A stretch of 38,705 bases of DNA, taken from positions 1-38,705 of the IMG/VR virus record IMGVR_UViG_3300030397_000524. One strand, written 5' to 3'. The stretch is from a virus (lineage: Duplodnaviria > Caudoviricetes). Below are positions 26,038 through 34,441 of this stretch, piece after piece; within the stretch, counting starts at the first letter, position 1, and the number at the start of each line of letters is the position of its first letter. The notes under the pieces were generated by a model. It was not told where the DNA came from, did not search any database, and was given only the letters and a program-made list of their open reading frames with translations. The position numbers and the translations under genes were made by a program.

Positions 26038-26750
26038 AGCTAGCTATAATCACAGCACTGCACGGCAGATATGAATTAACGAAGCTATTTCTTGAGTACT
26101 ATCAGGATCTAGCTGTAGAGGGTGTAGAACTGGGCCTGTTCTGCGCTTGTACGACTGGTGAGTATGAAATGCGAGATATCGTAGAAAGCTATCCTGGGTG
26201 GAATGTGAGCTTCTCAAGCAATCTGCCGTTAACCCGTAAGTTTGGGGCTAACCTACCAAAGGCAAGAGAGTGGGGTGCTGATGCTGTGATGATACTGGGG
26301 TCAGATGATTTTGTAAGCGCTGATTACGCCCAGACAATGGTTCATTGGGTGGCAAAGTCCATTCAGTTTGTAGGCAATCGGATTGTGCATTATATCGACT
26401 TGGGTACGGACCAGGTAATCCAGCAGTGGGATATGGGAGGTAGGGCAATAGGAGCAGGTAGGGTGCTGTTTAAGGAGCTCCTTGATGAGTTAAATTGGTA
26501 TCCCTGGCTTGATGATGAAACCACGGGATTAGACAAATCTATGCTAATGAGGCTTAATGAGGTATCTTGTAATAAGGTTATAAAATCTCATCCGGGCCTG
26601 CTTGATTGCAAGCTGACAGACAGCAAAGGCAACGGGCTGAATCAAACGGCATATGATACGGTGCGTTCTTGGCCTCATGAACAGGTAGACGCGTATAAGT
26701 ATTTAGATGAGCATTTTCCGGCAATTAAAGAGAGGTTATTGGAATGGTGA
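26034..26750 (+). CDS. GT-A fold glycosyltransferase (paralog 1)
   Basis: Start MKLAIITALHGRY at 26034; VMILGSDDF, GAGRVL, GLDKSM. Confidence 0.8.
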   Translation: MKLAIITALHGRYELTKLFLEYYQDLAVEGVELGLFCACTTGEYEMRDIVESYPGWNVSFSSNLPLTRKFGANLPKAREWGADAVMILGSDDFVSADYAQTMVHWVAKSIQFVGNRIVHYIDLGTDQVIQQWDMGGRAIGAGRVLFKELLDELNWYPWLDDETTGLDKSMLMRLNEVSCNKVIKSHPGLLDCKLTDSKGNGLNQTAYDTVRSWPHEQVDAYKYLDEHFPAIKERLLEW

Positions 26751-26888
26751 TATTTCCAGGAGAATTTCCTGTAATCATACCCGTTCTTTTGGAGCATTAC
26801 AGAAAAATATTGAGTGAAAATGATGCATTAACTGAAAAGGATAAGATGTTTATCGATATGCGCATTAGAGATTTAGAAAATCACATTC

Positions 26889-27671
26889 ATGAGAATAGCA
26901 ATAGTAACAGCACTTCATAAGCGCTACAGGCTTACAGAGCTATTTTTAGCCTACTACGCCAAAACATGGAATGCTCCGCTCTTCTGCGTGATCGATGATG
27001 ATGATCTCAGGATGTGGAGCCTAGTGCAGCGATTTCCGCAGTGGAAGCACTGCGAGTACAGCAATGAGCTGCTAGCAGATAAATGGCTTGCCTGTATGGA
27101 CTTAGCAAGTAGATTCAAGGACAGTTTTGATGCGGTGATGATTGTTGGCTCTGATGACTTTATTGATGACACGTACAAAACACACGTACAAACTGCGCTA
27201 CATATCTCCCATGAGCAGTGGAAAAGTCAGTTTCCTGATGATGAACATGATTTGCCCGAGATGCACATCCAGCCTCGATATATCCATTATTTTAACGCCT
27301 TGACTATTGACTTGATATGTAGGAAGCATAAGAGGCCAGGTGCGGGCAGAGTGCTCTCTAATGCACTCTTAGAACGCTTAGACTGGAAGCCGTGGAGGCA
27401 TGGCGATAGAAACATAGATGGTAGTATGGATCAGCGTTTAAGCCAGGTGTACGGTGGCAATGCTCCGTACATGTACATAGAGGATGAGATAGGATGCATA
27501 CTTGATGTGAAAGCAGGACAGAGCATATGGAGCTTTGAGCACCTCAAGACGAATAATGTGACGCCTAAAAGCCCTGTATTTGAACTAGAAGCAGAACCGT
27601 ATTTAAAGGAGCATTTTCCGATTATTGCGGGTGAGTTATTAGAGTGGAATCAAGAAACTGAAACAGCCTAA
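26889..27671 (+). CDS. GT-A fold glycosyltransferase (paralog 2)
   Basis: MRIAIVTALHKRY, VMIVGSDDF, GAGRVL, NIDGSM, YLKEHFP..LLEW shared with 26034-26750. Confidence 0.8.
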   Translation: MRIAIVTALHKRYRLTELFLAYYAKTWNAPLFCVIDDDDLRMWSLVQRFPQWKHCEYSNELLADKWLACMDLASRFKDSFDAVMIVGSDDFIDDTYKTHVQTALHISHEQWKSQFPDDEHDLPEMHIQPRYIHYFNALTIDLICRKHKRPGAGRVLSNALLERLDWKPWRHGDRNIDGSMDQRLSQVYGGNAPYMYIEDEIGCILDVKAGQSIWSFEHLKTNNVTPKSPVFELEAEPYLKEHFPIIAGELLEWNQETETA

Positions 27672-27683
27672 AACGGAGGAGGG

Positions 27684-27905
27684 ATGAACGAAATAACTGT
27701 GATAGCACTAGGTAGTGAAGTTCTTATTGGTGAGCATTCGAGTGTGAAGGCTATTGTGTCAGCTATAACTATTAGACATGGACGTGTTCAGTATGAAGTG
27801 ACATTTTGGGAGGGATCGGATTTAACAAGCTTGTATCTAGAAGAGCACCAATTTAAACACGAAGCAAATACGCAAATGTTAAAAGTAAATCTTTCTCTTA
27901 GCTGA
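27684..27905 (+). CDS. hypothetical protein (small beta-barrel-like)
   Basis: GGAG SD; ORF in operon. Confidence 0.55.
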   Translation: MNEITVIALGSEVLIGEHSSVKAIVSAITIRHGRVQYEVTFWEGSDLTSLYLEEHQFKHEANTQMLKVNLSLS

Positions 27906-27906
27906 T

Positions 27907-28107
27907 ATGACACCAATCCACACCATAAACACCACAGCAGATGTAGAGCCTGTGTATGAGCCCCTGGATGAGCTTACGCAGAAGGAGATTGAGCGCTGGT
28001 TAAAGCTTGCCAGAAAGCTTAAGAGGGGTGAAATAGACTGTGTGTGGACTGAGCGCAGTAACAAGGGTAGTGCCTTGCGCATAACCCCTTATAAATCAGC
28101 GGCTTAG
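27907..28107 (+). CDS. hypothetical protein
   Basis: Small ORF in operon. Confidence 0.5.
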   Translation: MTPIHTINTTADVEPVYEPLDELTQKEIERWLKLARKLKRGEIDCVWTERSNKGSALRITPYKSAA

Positions 28108-28194
28108 GTATTGCAACTTTGCACGGATTTTTGTATATAATTAGAATAGAGCGCATAGCTTAGACCTTTGCGCAATCAAGTTTATCGACACCCT

Positions 28195-28240
28195 GAAAAG
28201 GGCCTTCTCTACTGACTGGTAGGGTTGGCCCTTTTCTGTT
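28195..28240 (+). terminator. hairpin GAAAAGGGCC...GGCCCTTTTC (terminator/attenuator-like)
   Basis: 10-bp IR 28195-28204/28227-28236 with inner CTAC/GTAG, followed by TGTTT. Confidence 0.5.
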
Positions 28241-28337
28241 TGGCCAAGAGCCGCCATAAGTGCTCTACATGTCTGGATTAGCCTGCGCCATAAAGCGGGT
28301 CCGTCTGGAAGCCAAATCCATAAACAGCCAACCAAGA

Positions 28338-29108
28338 ATGGAGCTAGAAGAATTAATCAAACACATAGGAGAAACTGACCCTGAAGCCTTTAAATCTGAG
28401 CTTCACAAAAGCGCTCAAAAGCATTACCAGCTTATTTTCTCAGATGGTCACAAGTCCGGAAAAGGACAGACCATGGAGAAAGTAGAGAGCTTGGAGAAGC
28501 AGTTAGAGGAAGTTACGGGGCAGTTAGAAGCAAAAGGGAAGGAGCTTTCTGCTAAAGATGACGAGATCACTAAGATATCGGCTAATAAGCCTGATATTGA
28601 GCAGATCAAATCGGACTACGAGCAGAAGCTTATTGCAAAGGATGAGGCGGCAGCTAAAAGCCTAAAAGAAGCCAGCGAAAAGCTTGAGGCCCTAAAGAAG
28701 GCCAATCTCGACAAAGAGAAAGAGCGCATTCGTCAGCAGCTTATCAATAAAGTGCAAGGATTGCATGTTGATGAGTGGGCAGCAAATAGGGCAATCAGCG
28801 AAGACATCATGAACCGCGTTGTCGTATCTGATGACGGGGAAATGAAGGTCTACCAGGCTGACAAGGCAACGCCTATTACAGCGCCAGAGGGAGGGAATGT
28901 GCTTGATATCCTAGCTCATGAGGTTGTCGAATCGGTTCCTAAGCAGTATGTCAACCCGCCAAAGAATAATGACAGTGGGTACAAGGACAATGGCAAACAG
29001 GGACCGGCTGATTTGTCAACCAAGAAGCGTAGCGAGCATAGCCGCGAGGAAAAAATAGCTTTCGTAAGAGAGAATGGCCGCGAGGCATGGGAGGCGCTTC
29101 CACTCTAG
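28338..29108 (+). CDS. capsid scaffolding protein
   Basis: Start MELEEL at 28338; coiled-coil, C-terminal KKRSEHSREEKIAFVRENGREAWEALP; precedes capsid. Confidence 0.8.
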   Translation: MELEELIKHIGETDPEAFKSELHKSAQKHYQLIFSDGHKSGKGQTMEKVESLEKQLEEVTGQLEAKGKELSAKDDEITKISANKPDIEQIKSDYEQKLIAKDEAAAKSLKEASEKLEALKKANLDKEKERIRQQLINKVQGLHVDEWAANRAISEDIMNRVVVSDDGEMKVYQADKATPITAPEGGNVLDILAHEVVESVPKQYVNPPKNNDSGYKDNGKQGPADLSTKKRSEHSREEKIAFVRENGREAWEALPL

Positions 29109-29117
29109 TAAATAAAA

Positions 29118-30107
29118 ATGGCTAAGACTGGACCTGGTTTGTACTCTGACTTCAAAATCTATGAAGATCAGTTTTACACCACTTATAACGATACGATTGC
29201 ACAGAATGTAAATGTCTTTAACGAAGGGTCAAATGGCACAATTAGTATGGTGCCGCTTGAAAGTGTGGGTAATTTTCGAAAGAAGGCATATTTTGCGCAG
29301 ATCGCCAATATTGTAACTCGTCGCGATATCACCACTACAGCCGCCGTTACTGACGACGAACTGACGAGTGATGAGACCATTTCACCGAAGCTTGCCAGGC
29401 GTTTCCAGGTAGGTAATACACTGGACTCTTTTCGTAAAATCGGCATCTCTCCTGATGAGTTCGCTGATTACATTGGTGAGCAGGCCGCAACAGCTAAACT
29501 TCAGGATATGCTTGACACGACGCTTCTCTGCGGTGTGACAGCGCTTCGTAAGCAGGTTGCCTCGTTCCACAACAAAGGCTCTAACGCATCGAACACGCTT
29601 CGATACACCTATCTTACCGCAGCGCTTGAGAAGTTCGGCGACAAGATGAGCGAAATCGTTCTATGGGTATTCCACTCTCATAGTTTTGTGGATTTGATGG
29701 ATACTACGATTTCTTCTCTTCAGAATACAACGGCGCTCCCTGCTGTCCAGGACGGGATTGTAGGCACGATCAATCGGCCTTATATCATCACTGACAGTGC
29801 AAGCCTAATCAATACCGATGGTGTGACTAGTGGTACCAACTCGTACTATACGCTTGGGCTTACTGCTGCTGGCCTTGCTGCTCTTGAGACAGAACCTGAA
29901 GAGGTTGTTTTCGAGCGCGTAACGGGCCTAGAGAACCTCGTTTTCCGGGCGCAGGGCGAGTATTCCTACAATTCAGAAGTGAAAGGATTCTCCTATACCG
30001 ATACAGGTGTCAACCCTGCAGACGCTGCTCTTGGAAATACGTCTAACTGGACACTCAAGCGCGCTTCTATCAAGAACACTGCTGGTGTTGTTATCGAGCA
30101 TGCATAA
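29118..30107 (+). CDS. major capsid protein
   Basis: 329 aa after scaffold; SDFKIY..Q......IAQNVNVFNEGSNGTI, KFGD, WVFHS, GLENL..R.QGEY, KNTAGV. Confidence 0.9.
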   Translation: MAKTGPGLYSDFKIYEDQFYTTYNDTIAQNVNVFNEGSNGTISMVPLESVGNFRKKAYFAQIANIVTRRDITTTAAVTDDELTSDETISPKLARRFQVGNTLDSFRKIGISPDEFADYIGEQAATAKLQDMLDTTLLCGVTALRKQVASFHNKGSNASNTLRYTYLTAALEKFGDKMSEIVLWVFHSHSFVDLMDTTISSLQNTTALPAVQDGIVGTINRPYIITDSASLINTDGVTSGTNSYYTLGLTAAGLAALETEPEEVVFERVTGLENLVFRAQGEYSYNSEVKGFSYTDTGVNPADAALGNTSNWTLKRASIKNTAGVVIEHA

Positions 30108-30121
30108 CAAGTTAGTGCAGC

Positions 30122-30391
30122 ATGATTCTCATTTACACAAATAGACAGGAGCCAACGGGAGCGGAGCGGGAGCTTGTCCGCGGAGACGCTGAGAAGTTTT
30201 CGTTTCGCTCGGCGGCTTACTGGAAAGGTGAGGTTGAGAGCGGTGTAACTAAGGTGTATACAGATAGTCCTGAAATTGCTGGAAAATACAGCAAACGAGG
30301 GGTTATAGTAGAGCCTATTACGAAGCCTTCATCCCCTAAGGATGCAAAGCCCAAAACCACGCGTAAGCGAGCGGTAAAGTCTAATGGCTAG
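30122..30391 (+). CDS. small head-associated protein
   Basis: Position after capsid; basic tail. Confidence 0.55.
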   Translation: MILIYTNRQEPTGAERELVRGDAEKFSFRSAAYWKGEVESGVTKVYTDSPEIAGKYSKRGVIVEPITKPSSPKDAKPKTTRKRAVKSNG

Positions 30392-30875
30392 TTATTTCGA
30401 CATGTCTGTCCCCGCTGTTCAGGCACTGCTTCCTGACTCTATTAGGTCAAGGACTGATATTCAGTTTTTAGCCACAGAAGCAGAGGCGGAGCTTATCCAG
30501 CACTACAGGAGGGAGCCCCTTGATACAAGGGGTACAGTAAATCACTATTTCCCTGTGAAAGAGACAGGCAGTGAGAATCTAACAAGCCAGGATGAAGACC
30601 CAAGAGTTTTTCTTCGCTATTACAAGGCGGATGCGGATAGCCTGACAAGCGCAGATGAACTGGCTTTTAAAACGGCTATGAGACGCGCCATTGCAACGCT
30701 TATTCGTATTCGCGCCTCTCAGGAGGACGTTGATCCACTGCTTAAGTCGTGGTCAAAAGGCAGGCGTTCTGTTACCTATCAGGATGGGGCCAATCAACTT
30801 GATGGACATATTCCAAGAAAGGTTACGAAGTGGCTTAGGCCGTATGACAAGCGCCCTAAGACGTTCGCTATATAG
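30384..30875 (+). CDS. head-tail adaptor
   Basis: Position; SWSKGRRSVTY and WLRPY motifs. Confidence 0.7.
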   Translation: MASYFDMSVPAVQALLPDSIRSRTDIQFLATEAEAELIQHYRREPLDTRGTVNHYFPVKETGSENLTSQDEDPRVFLRYYKADADSLTSADELAFKTAMRRAIATLIRIRASQEDVDPLLKSWSKGRRSVTYQDGANQLDGHIPRKVTKWLRPYDKRPKTFAI

Positions 30876-30877
30876 CT

Positions 30878-31204
30878 GTGCAAGAGTACCCGCATACCAT
30901 ATCGGTGACCAGAACAGTGGTTACAGCCAGCACAACAGGCGGCGTTCCTGTAGATGGTACGTCTTCTACTGTGTACTCTGGCGAGTGCGATGCGCAGGAA
31001 AATAGCAAACGTTTTGATGTGGCCTCGGGTGTTGTGTCTTCCAAGGGAAGTGCAACGGTTTACGTTCCAAGTGGAATCGTACAGGGCAAAGCCATAACCA
31101 CAGGTGACAGCGTTGTGATTACATGGTGTCCTGGACAGACGACAAGCGGGCGCATTGAGTCAACAGACAGGCTAGAAGACTCTTTTGTAGTGAGGTATAG
31201 CTAA
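30878..31204 (+). CDS. head closure/stopper protein
   Basis: YPHTISVTR, VYSGECDAQ, GDSVVIT; position. Confidence 0.65.
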   Translation: MQEYPHTISVTRTVVTASTTGGVPVDGTSSTVYSGECDAQENSKRFDVASGVVSSKGSATVYVPSGIVQGKAITTGDSVVITWCPGQTTSGRIESTDRLEDSFVVRYS

Positions 31205-31222
31205 CGAGAGGATATCGTTCAT

Positions 31223-31696
31223 ATGGCTTTTACTATCGAAATACAGAACCTTGATACGCTATTGAAGCGCTTTGAGAGCTACGGCGCCAAGGCTCATCAT
31301 GCAGCATGGCGGGGCGTTGAGAGGACTGCATTTGAAGTAAAGGATGAGGCCAGAAAGAACGTGCCTGTTGAGACGGCTACGCTTCAGAACTCCATCCAGA
31401 TTACGGATAAGGACCCAGAGAAGCTTAGGGCGACCGTGCAGACTACGCAGCCGGCTAGAGACTACGCAGCGTACCAAAACTACGGCTTCTTTGGCCCTAT
31501 GAGGGTTCGTGAGCACACGCGGATTCAGTGGCATGTTTGGGGCAAAAGGCTCACAAAGCCTATTGAGGTTGTTGTACCTGCTCATGAGAGAGTGTATAAC
31601 TACGAGGGCTATGGATACATGAATACAGCCAGGCTTAAGGGGCAGACCAGGATACAGGGAAACGTGGAAGCTGAGCTAAACGCAGTGAAGCTATGA
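31223..31696 (+). CDS. HK97 gp10-like neck/tail completion protein
   Basis: ARKNVPVETATLQNSI, YAAYQNYG. Confidence 0.8.
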   Translation: MAFTIEIQNLDTLLKRFESYGAKAHHAAWRGVERTAFEVKDEARKNVPVETATLQNSIQITDKDPEKLRATVQTTQPARDYAAYQNYGFFGPMRVREHTRIQWHVWGKRLTKPIEVVVPAHERVYNYEGYGYMNTARLKGQTRIQGNVEAELNAVKL

Positions 31697-32103
31697 GAAG
31701 TCCATTAGTTGCTCTTCATAACGCCCTTTACACCGCCTTAAACGACAACGTGGCAAGCGCTAGCACATACGCTTTTGTGCCTATGTCCCCCTCCTACCCG
31801 TACATCTTTATCGATGAAAAGCAGGTGAGGAAAGACGGCGGCAACAAGGGGAGGAATCGCTACCTGATACGCGCTAAGCTCGTGGTGCTCACCAATTCTG
31901 ATAGCATTAACGATGTTCAGGTAATAGTCAATGAGATTGCAGAAGATGCGCTTTCAGCAACACTCACTTTAACGGATGATTGGGCTGTTTTTAAGCAGTC
32001 TGAGATATCGGAATTTCGCGTGTTTCCAGCCAATCATTTGGATGGCAGTCAGGGGCACGCAGCAGAAATCTTTAATGACTTTATCATCATAGATACTCTT
32101 TGA
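31693..32103 (+). CDS. tail terminator (DUF3168-like)
   Basis: ALHNALYTAL, VP....YPYIFI. Confidence 0.75.
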   Translation: MRSPLVALHNALYTALNDNVASASTYAFVPMSPSYPYIFIDEKQVRKDGGNKGRNRYLIRAKLVVLTNSDSINDVQVIVNEIAEDALSATLTLTDDWAVFKQSEISEFRVFPANHLDGSQGHAAEIFNDFIIIDTL

Positions 32104-32118
32104 GGGAGGGAGTAAAAA

Positions 32119-32583
32119 ATGGCTGATACAATTGTAGATGGTGGTGATTATCTACTCTACATCAACACAGGTGGTGCGCCAGGCACCGATCCTGATGAGA
32201 TTACGAACTATCACCTTCTCGGGCTAGGTCAGAACCTGACCTTTTCCGATACTTCAAACACGCTCCAGTCCAACAACAAGGCCAACGGCGCAAGGGGTAC
32301 TACGCTTCCCGGCACGCAGCAGTACACCATTAGCGGTACGTGCGAATGGGCACATGATACCAACGGCGGCCAGCAGCAAGTATGGGACGCTGTTAAGACA
32401 ACCACAACGGCTAATAAGAAGCTAGGCTGGATCGCCACTACCAATGTAACAGGTGATATCCAGATTAGGGGTGAAGCAAATGCGCTCTCGTGGGAGCTTA
32501 CGCTTAATAATGACGAGATTGCTGTTGCAAGCTTTGAACTTGGCGGCATTGGAGATTATACCAAGGAGACTGTAGATGCCTAA
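32119..32583 (+). CDS. tail tube protein (siphovirus)
   Basis: G..YLLYI, TLPGTQQYTISG, GEANALSWELT..NDEIAVASFELGGIG. Confidence 0.8.
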   Translation: MADTIVDGGDYLLYINTGGAPGTDPDEITNYHLLGLGQNLTFSDTSNTLQSNNKANGARGTTLPGTQQYTISGTCEWAHDTNGGQQQVWDAVKTTTTANKKLGWIATTNVTGDIQIRGEANALSWELTLNNDEIAVASFELGGIGDYTKETVDA

Positions 32584-32890
32584 TAAGCATAAAGGGGAAG
32601 TTAGTCTAAAGGCAGGCGATAAAGAGTACATCTTCAAACTCACGTTTAACAGGCTTGTTGAGCTTGAGGAGATGGGTATTGTGCTAATTGAAGGCTTTGA
32701 AGCCACTGCAGCCAATATCAGGAAGCTCTTTTTCGCCTTAGCCAGCGGACAGAACGGTGTTGAAAGCCTGGAGGATGCAGGAGACTTGCTTGATACGATC
32801 GGCTTCACTAAAGCCAGTGAGTTAACGGGTGAGGTGATATCCCTTTTTTTCCAGAGCGAAGAGGAGACGCGGAAGAAGGAGATCCCATAA
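32576..32890 (+). CDS. tail assembly chaperone (gpG-like)
   Basis: NKHKGEVSL..G.KEY..KLTFN.L.ELEE; after tail tube. Confidence 0.8.
   Translation: MPNKHKGEVSLKAGDKEYIFKLTFNRLVELEEMGIVLIEGFEATAANIRKLFFALASGQNGVESLEDAGDLLDTIGFTKASELTGEVISLFFQSEEETRKKEIP
32845..32851 (+). other. programmed -1 frameshift slippery site T TTT TTC
   Basis: In-frame codons CTT TTT TTC; the -1 frame is open (PERRGDAEEGDPITWEDLLTASLRAGVPEEKFWHMT) to the stop at 33210. Confidence 0.75.
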
Positions 32891-33210
32891 CATGGGAAGA
32901 CCTTCTTACAGCCTCGCTTCGCGCAGGCGTGCCGGAAGAGAAGTTTTGGCATATGACTATGCGCCAGTTAGAGCGGGCTGTACGCGTTCATTCTGAAGCT
33001 ATAGAGCTTGAGTATATGCGTACAGCGCAGCTTGCCTCTTTTGTGCATGGCATGGTAGTAGGTAAAAGCGCATTGTCACCTAAGAAGATATTCGATAGGT
33101 GGTTAGGCAGGGGGCTAAGCCCTAGTGAAGACTTTAAATCCCGATGGGGCCGCGCTATGGAACTTCATAATGCGAGACTGGAGAGGGAGGCTAAAAATAA
33201 GGCGAAGTAA
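32852..33210 (+). CDS. tail assembly chaperone gpT part (gpGT fusion via -1 frameshift)
   Basis: W.DLL....AG.PEEKFW.MT..L motif typical of gpT. Confidence 0.75.
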
Positions 33211-33421
33211 ATCGCCGTTAGTTCTTTGACTTACTGACATGGTTGAAATGAGCCCAGGGGCGTGGGGATGAGTATTCGTGTAGTTATAGATAGCGGTATG
33301 GCTATTGCTAAGTATATTAATTCTCTTATAGATCTTGATTATAAGTCTAAGTGAGACGATAATAAGGAACACTATATCGTATAGTAGTACAAAATATGTA
33401 ACTCCCACTATAGATAATCTT

Positions 33422-33799
33422 ATGGCTAATTCTAAGAAAATAGCTAAATTTAGAATTAATATTGAACATGACAGTAGCCATGATACCTCTGCTGTAACAG
33501 GTGCTATGGGGGGGCCTGGACCATCTGGAGAGGCCGTGACAATGCATCTGTATTACGAGTACAATACCTTGGCTGATTCGGTGAGTCATAATGTCAGGGC
33601 AGACGGGGTAGTAAATCTGAAGGCAGGGGCGGAAAAGAAAAGCAGTGAAGTAACTAGAGTTATAACAAGCACTTCTATAATCCCGGTAAACGTAGCCAGG
33701 GTTATTGGGAAGTGGCTAATTGAGCAAGCAGATCAAGCTGAAAGTAGACGAAGCCAGCTTGATGATTTGAATAAAAAAATGGAGGAAGAGACGTCATGA
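33422..33799 (+). CDS. hypothetical protein, possibly DUF3467-like
   Basis: Start MANSKK at 33422; VTGAMGGPGPSG..MHLYYE...IIPVNVARVIGKWL pattern; ATGA-coupled to antitoxin. Confidence 0.55.
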   Translation: MANSKKIAKFRINIEHDSSHDTSAVTGAMGGPGPSGEAVTMHLYYEYNTLADSVSHNVRADGVVNLKAGAEKKSSEVTRVITSTSIIPVNVARVIGKWLIEQADQAESRRSQLDDLNKKMEEETS

Positions 33800-34068
33800 T
33801 GATGCCATACTATTCAATGCCTCCAGCAGATACTGCTTCTACTTGCTTGGTAGATGAAATCCAATACTACGATTCTGATACATCTACTGATGCAGTGGCT
33901 ATAGATTTTTCTATTCTCTCTGAAACAGAGGCTCATTTAATGTCATCTCCGGAAAACGCCCGAAAAATCCAGGAAGCTATTAGGCAACTGGATGCAGGAG
34001 AAGGAGTTAAGATTGATTTAGATAACCTCTTGAGCGAGCACGGCATAAGTCTTAGTGACGAAGACTAG
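33796..34068 (+). CDS. yefM: YefM-like antitoxin (neutralising C-terminal part, atypical N-terminus)
   Basis: SETEAHLMSSPENARKIQEAIRQLDAGEG matches the YefM C-terminus; upstream of yoeB. Confidence 0.7.
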   Translation: MMMPYYSMPPADTASTCLVDEIQYYDSDTSTDAVAIDFSILSETEAHLMSSPENARKIQEAIRQLDAGEGVKIDLDNLLSEHGISLSDED

Positions 34069-34076
34069 ATAGTAAT

Positions 34077-34340
34077 GTGCGAGAATCTATTCTAGCCCCT
34101 CAATTCTTTGACGACCTTGAATATTGGGCAAATACTGATAAAAAGCAACACAAGAAATTGCTCAAAATGATGAGGGAGATATGCAGGACTCCTTTTGAAG
34201 GCAGAGGAAAGCCTGAGCCACTTAAGGGATTAGGAGGTGATATTTGGTCAAGGAGATTAGATCAGACTAACAGAATTGTGTACCAGGTAATGGATGAACA
34301 GATACGCTTTATTCAAGCAAGGTATCATTATAGCAAGTAA
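34077..34340 (+). CDS. yoeB: YoeB/Txe family mRNase toxin
   Basis: DDLEYW..D.K, R.PFEGRGKPEPLK, WSRRLDQTNRIVY, QARYHY. Confidence 0.93.
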   Translation: MRESILAPQFFDDLEYWANTDKKQHKKLLKMMREICRTPFEGRGKPEPLKGLGGDIWSRRLDQTNRIVYQVMDEQIRFIQARYHYSK

Positions 34341-34371
34341 CCACCCCAACCAACATTTCAACCATGTCAGT

Positions 34372-34402
34372 AAAGCCGAGAGGATGACCCTTTCGGCTTT
34401 TT
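34372..34402. terminator. bidirectional intrinsic terminator
   Basis: AAAGCCGAGAGG ATGAC CCTTTCGGCTTTTT between convergent genes. Confidence 0.75.
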
Positions 34403-34441
34403 GAGTTTAGCTAAATCAGCTAAAGTTCTTTGATAAGGTTG

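Larger units (their letters stand above)
33231..34373. repeat. perfect 20-bp inverted repeat TTACTGACATGGTTGAAATG (33231-33250 / 34354-34373) enclosing the TA cassette; outer 10-bp direct repeat AGTTCTTTGA (33220-33229 / 34424-34433)
   Basis: Read directly from the sequence. Confidence 0.92.

Noticed and set aside
33231-34373. IS element interpretation of the 20-bp inverted repeat
   Set aside because: No transposase inside, and the 10-bp direct repeat is not adjacent to the right arm (50 bp away), so it is not a classic target-site duplication.
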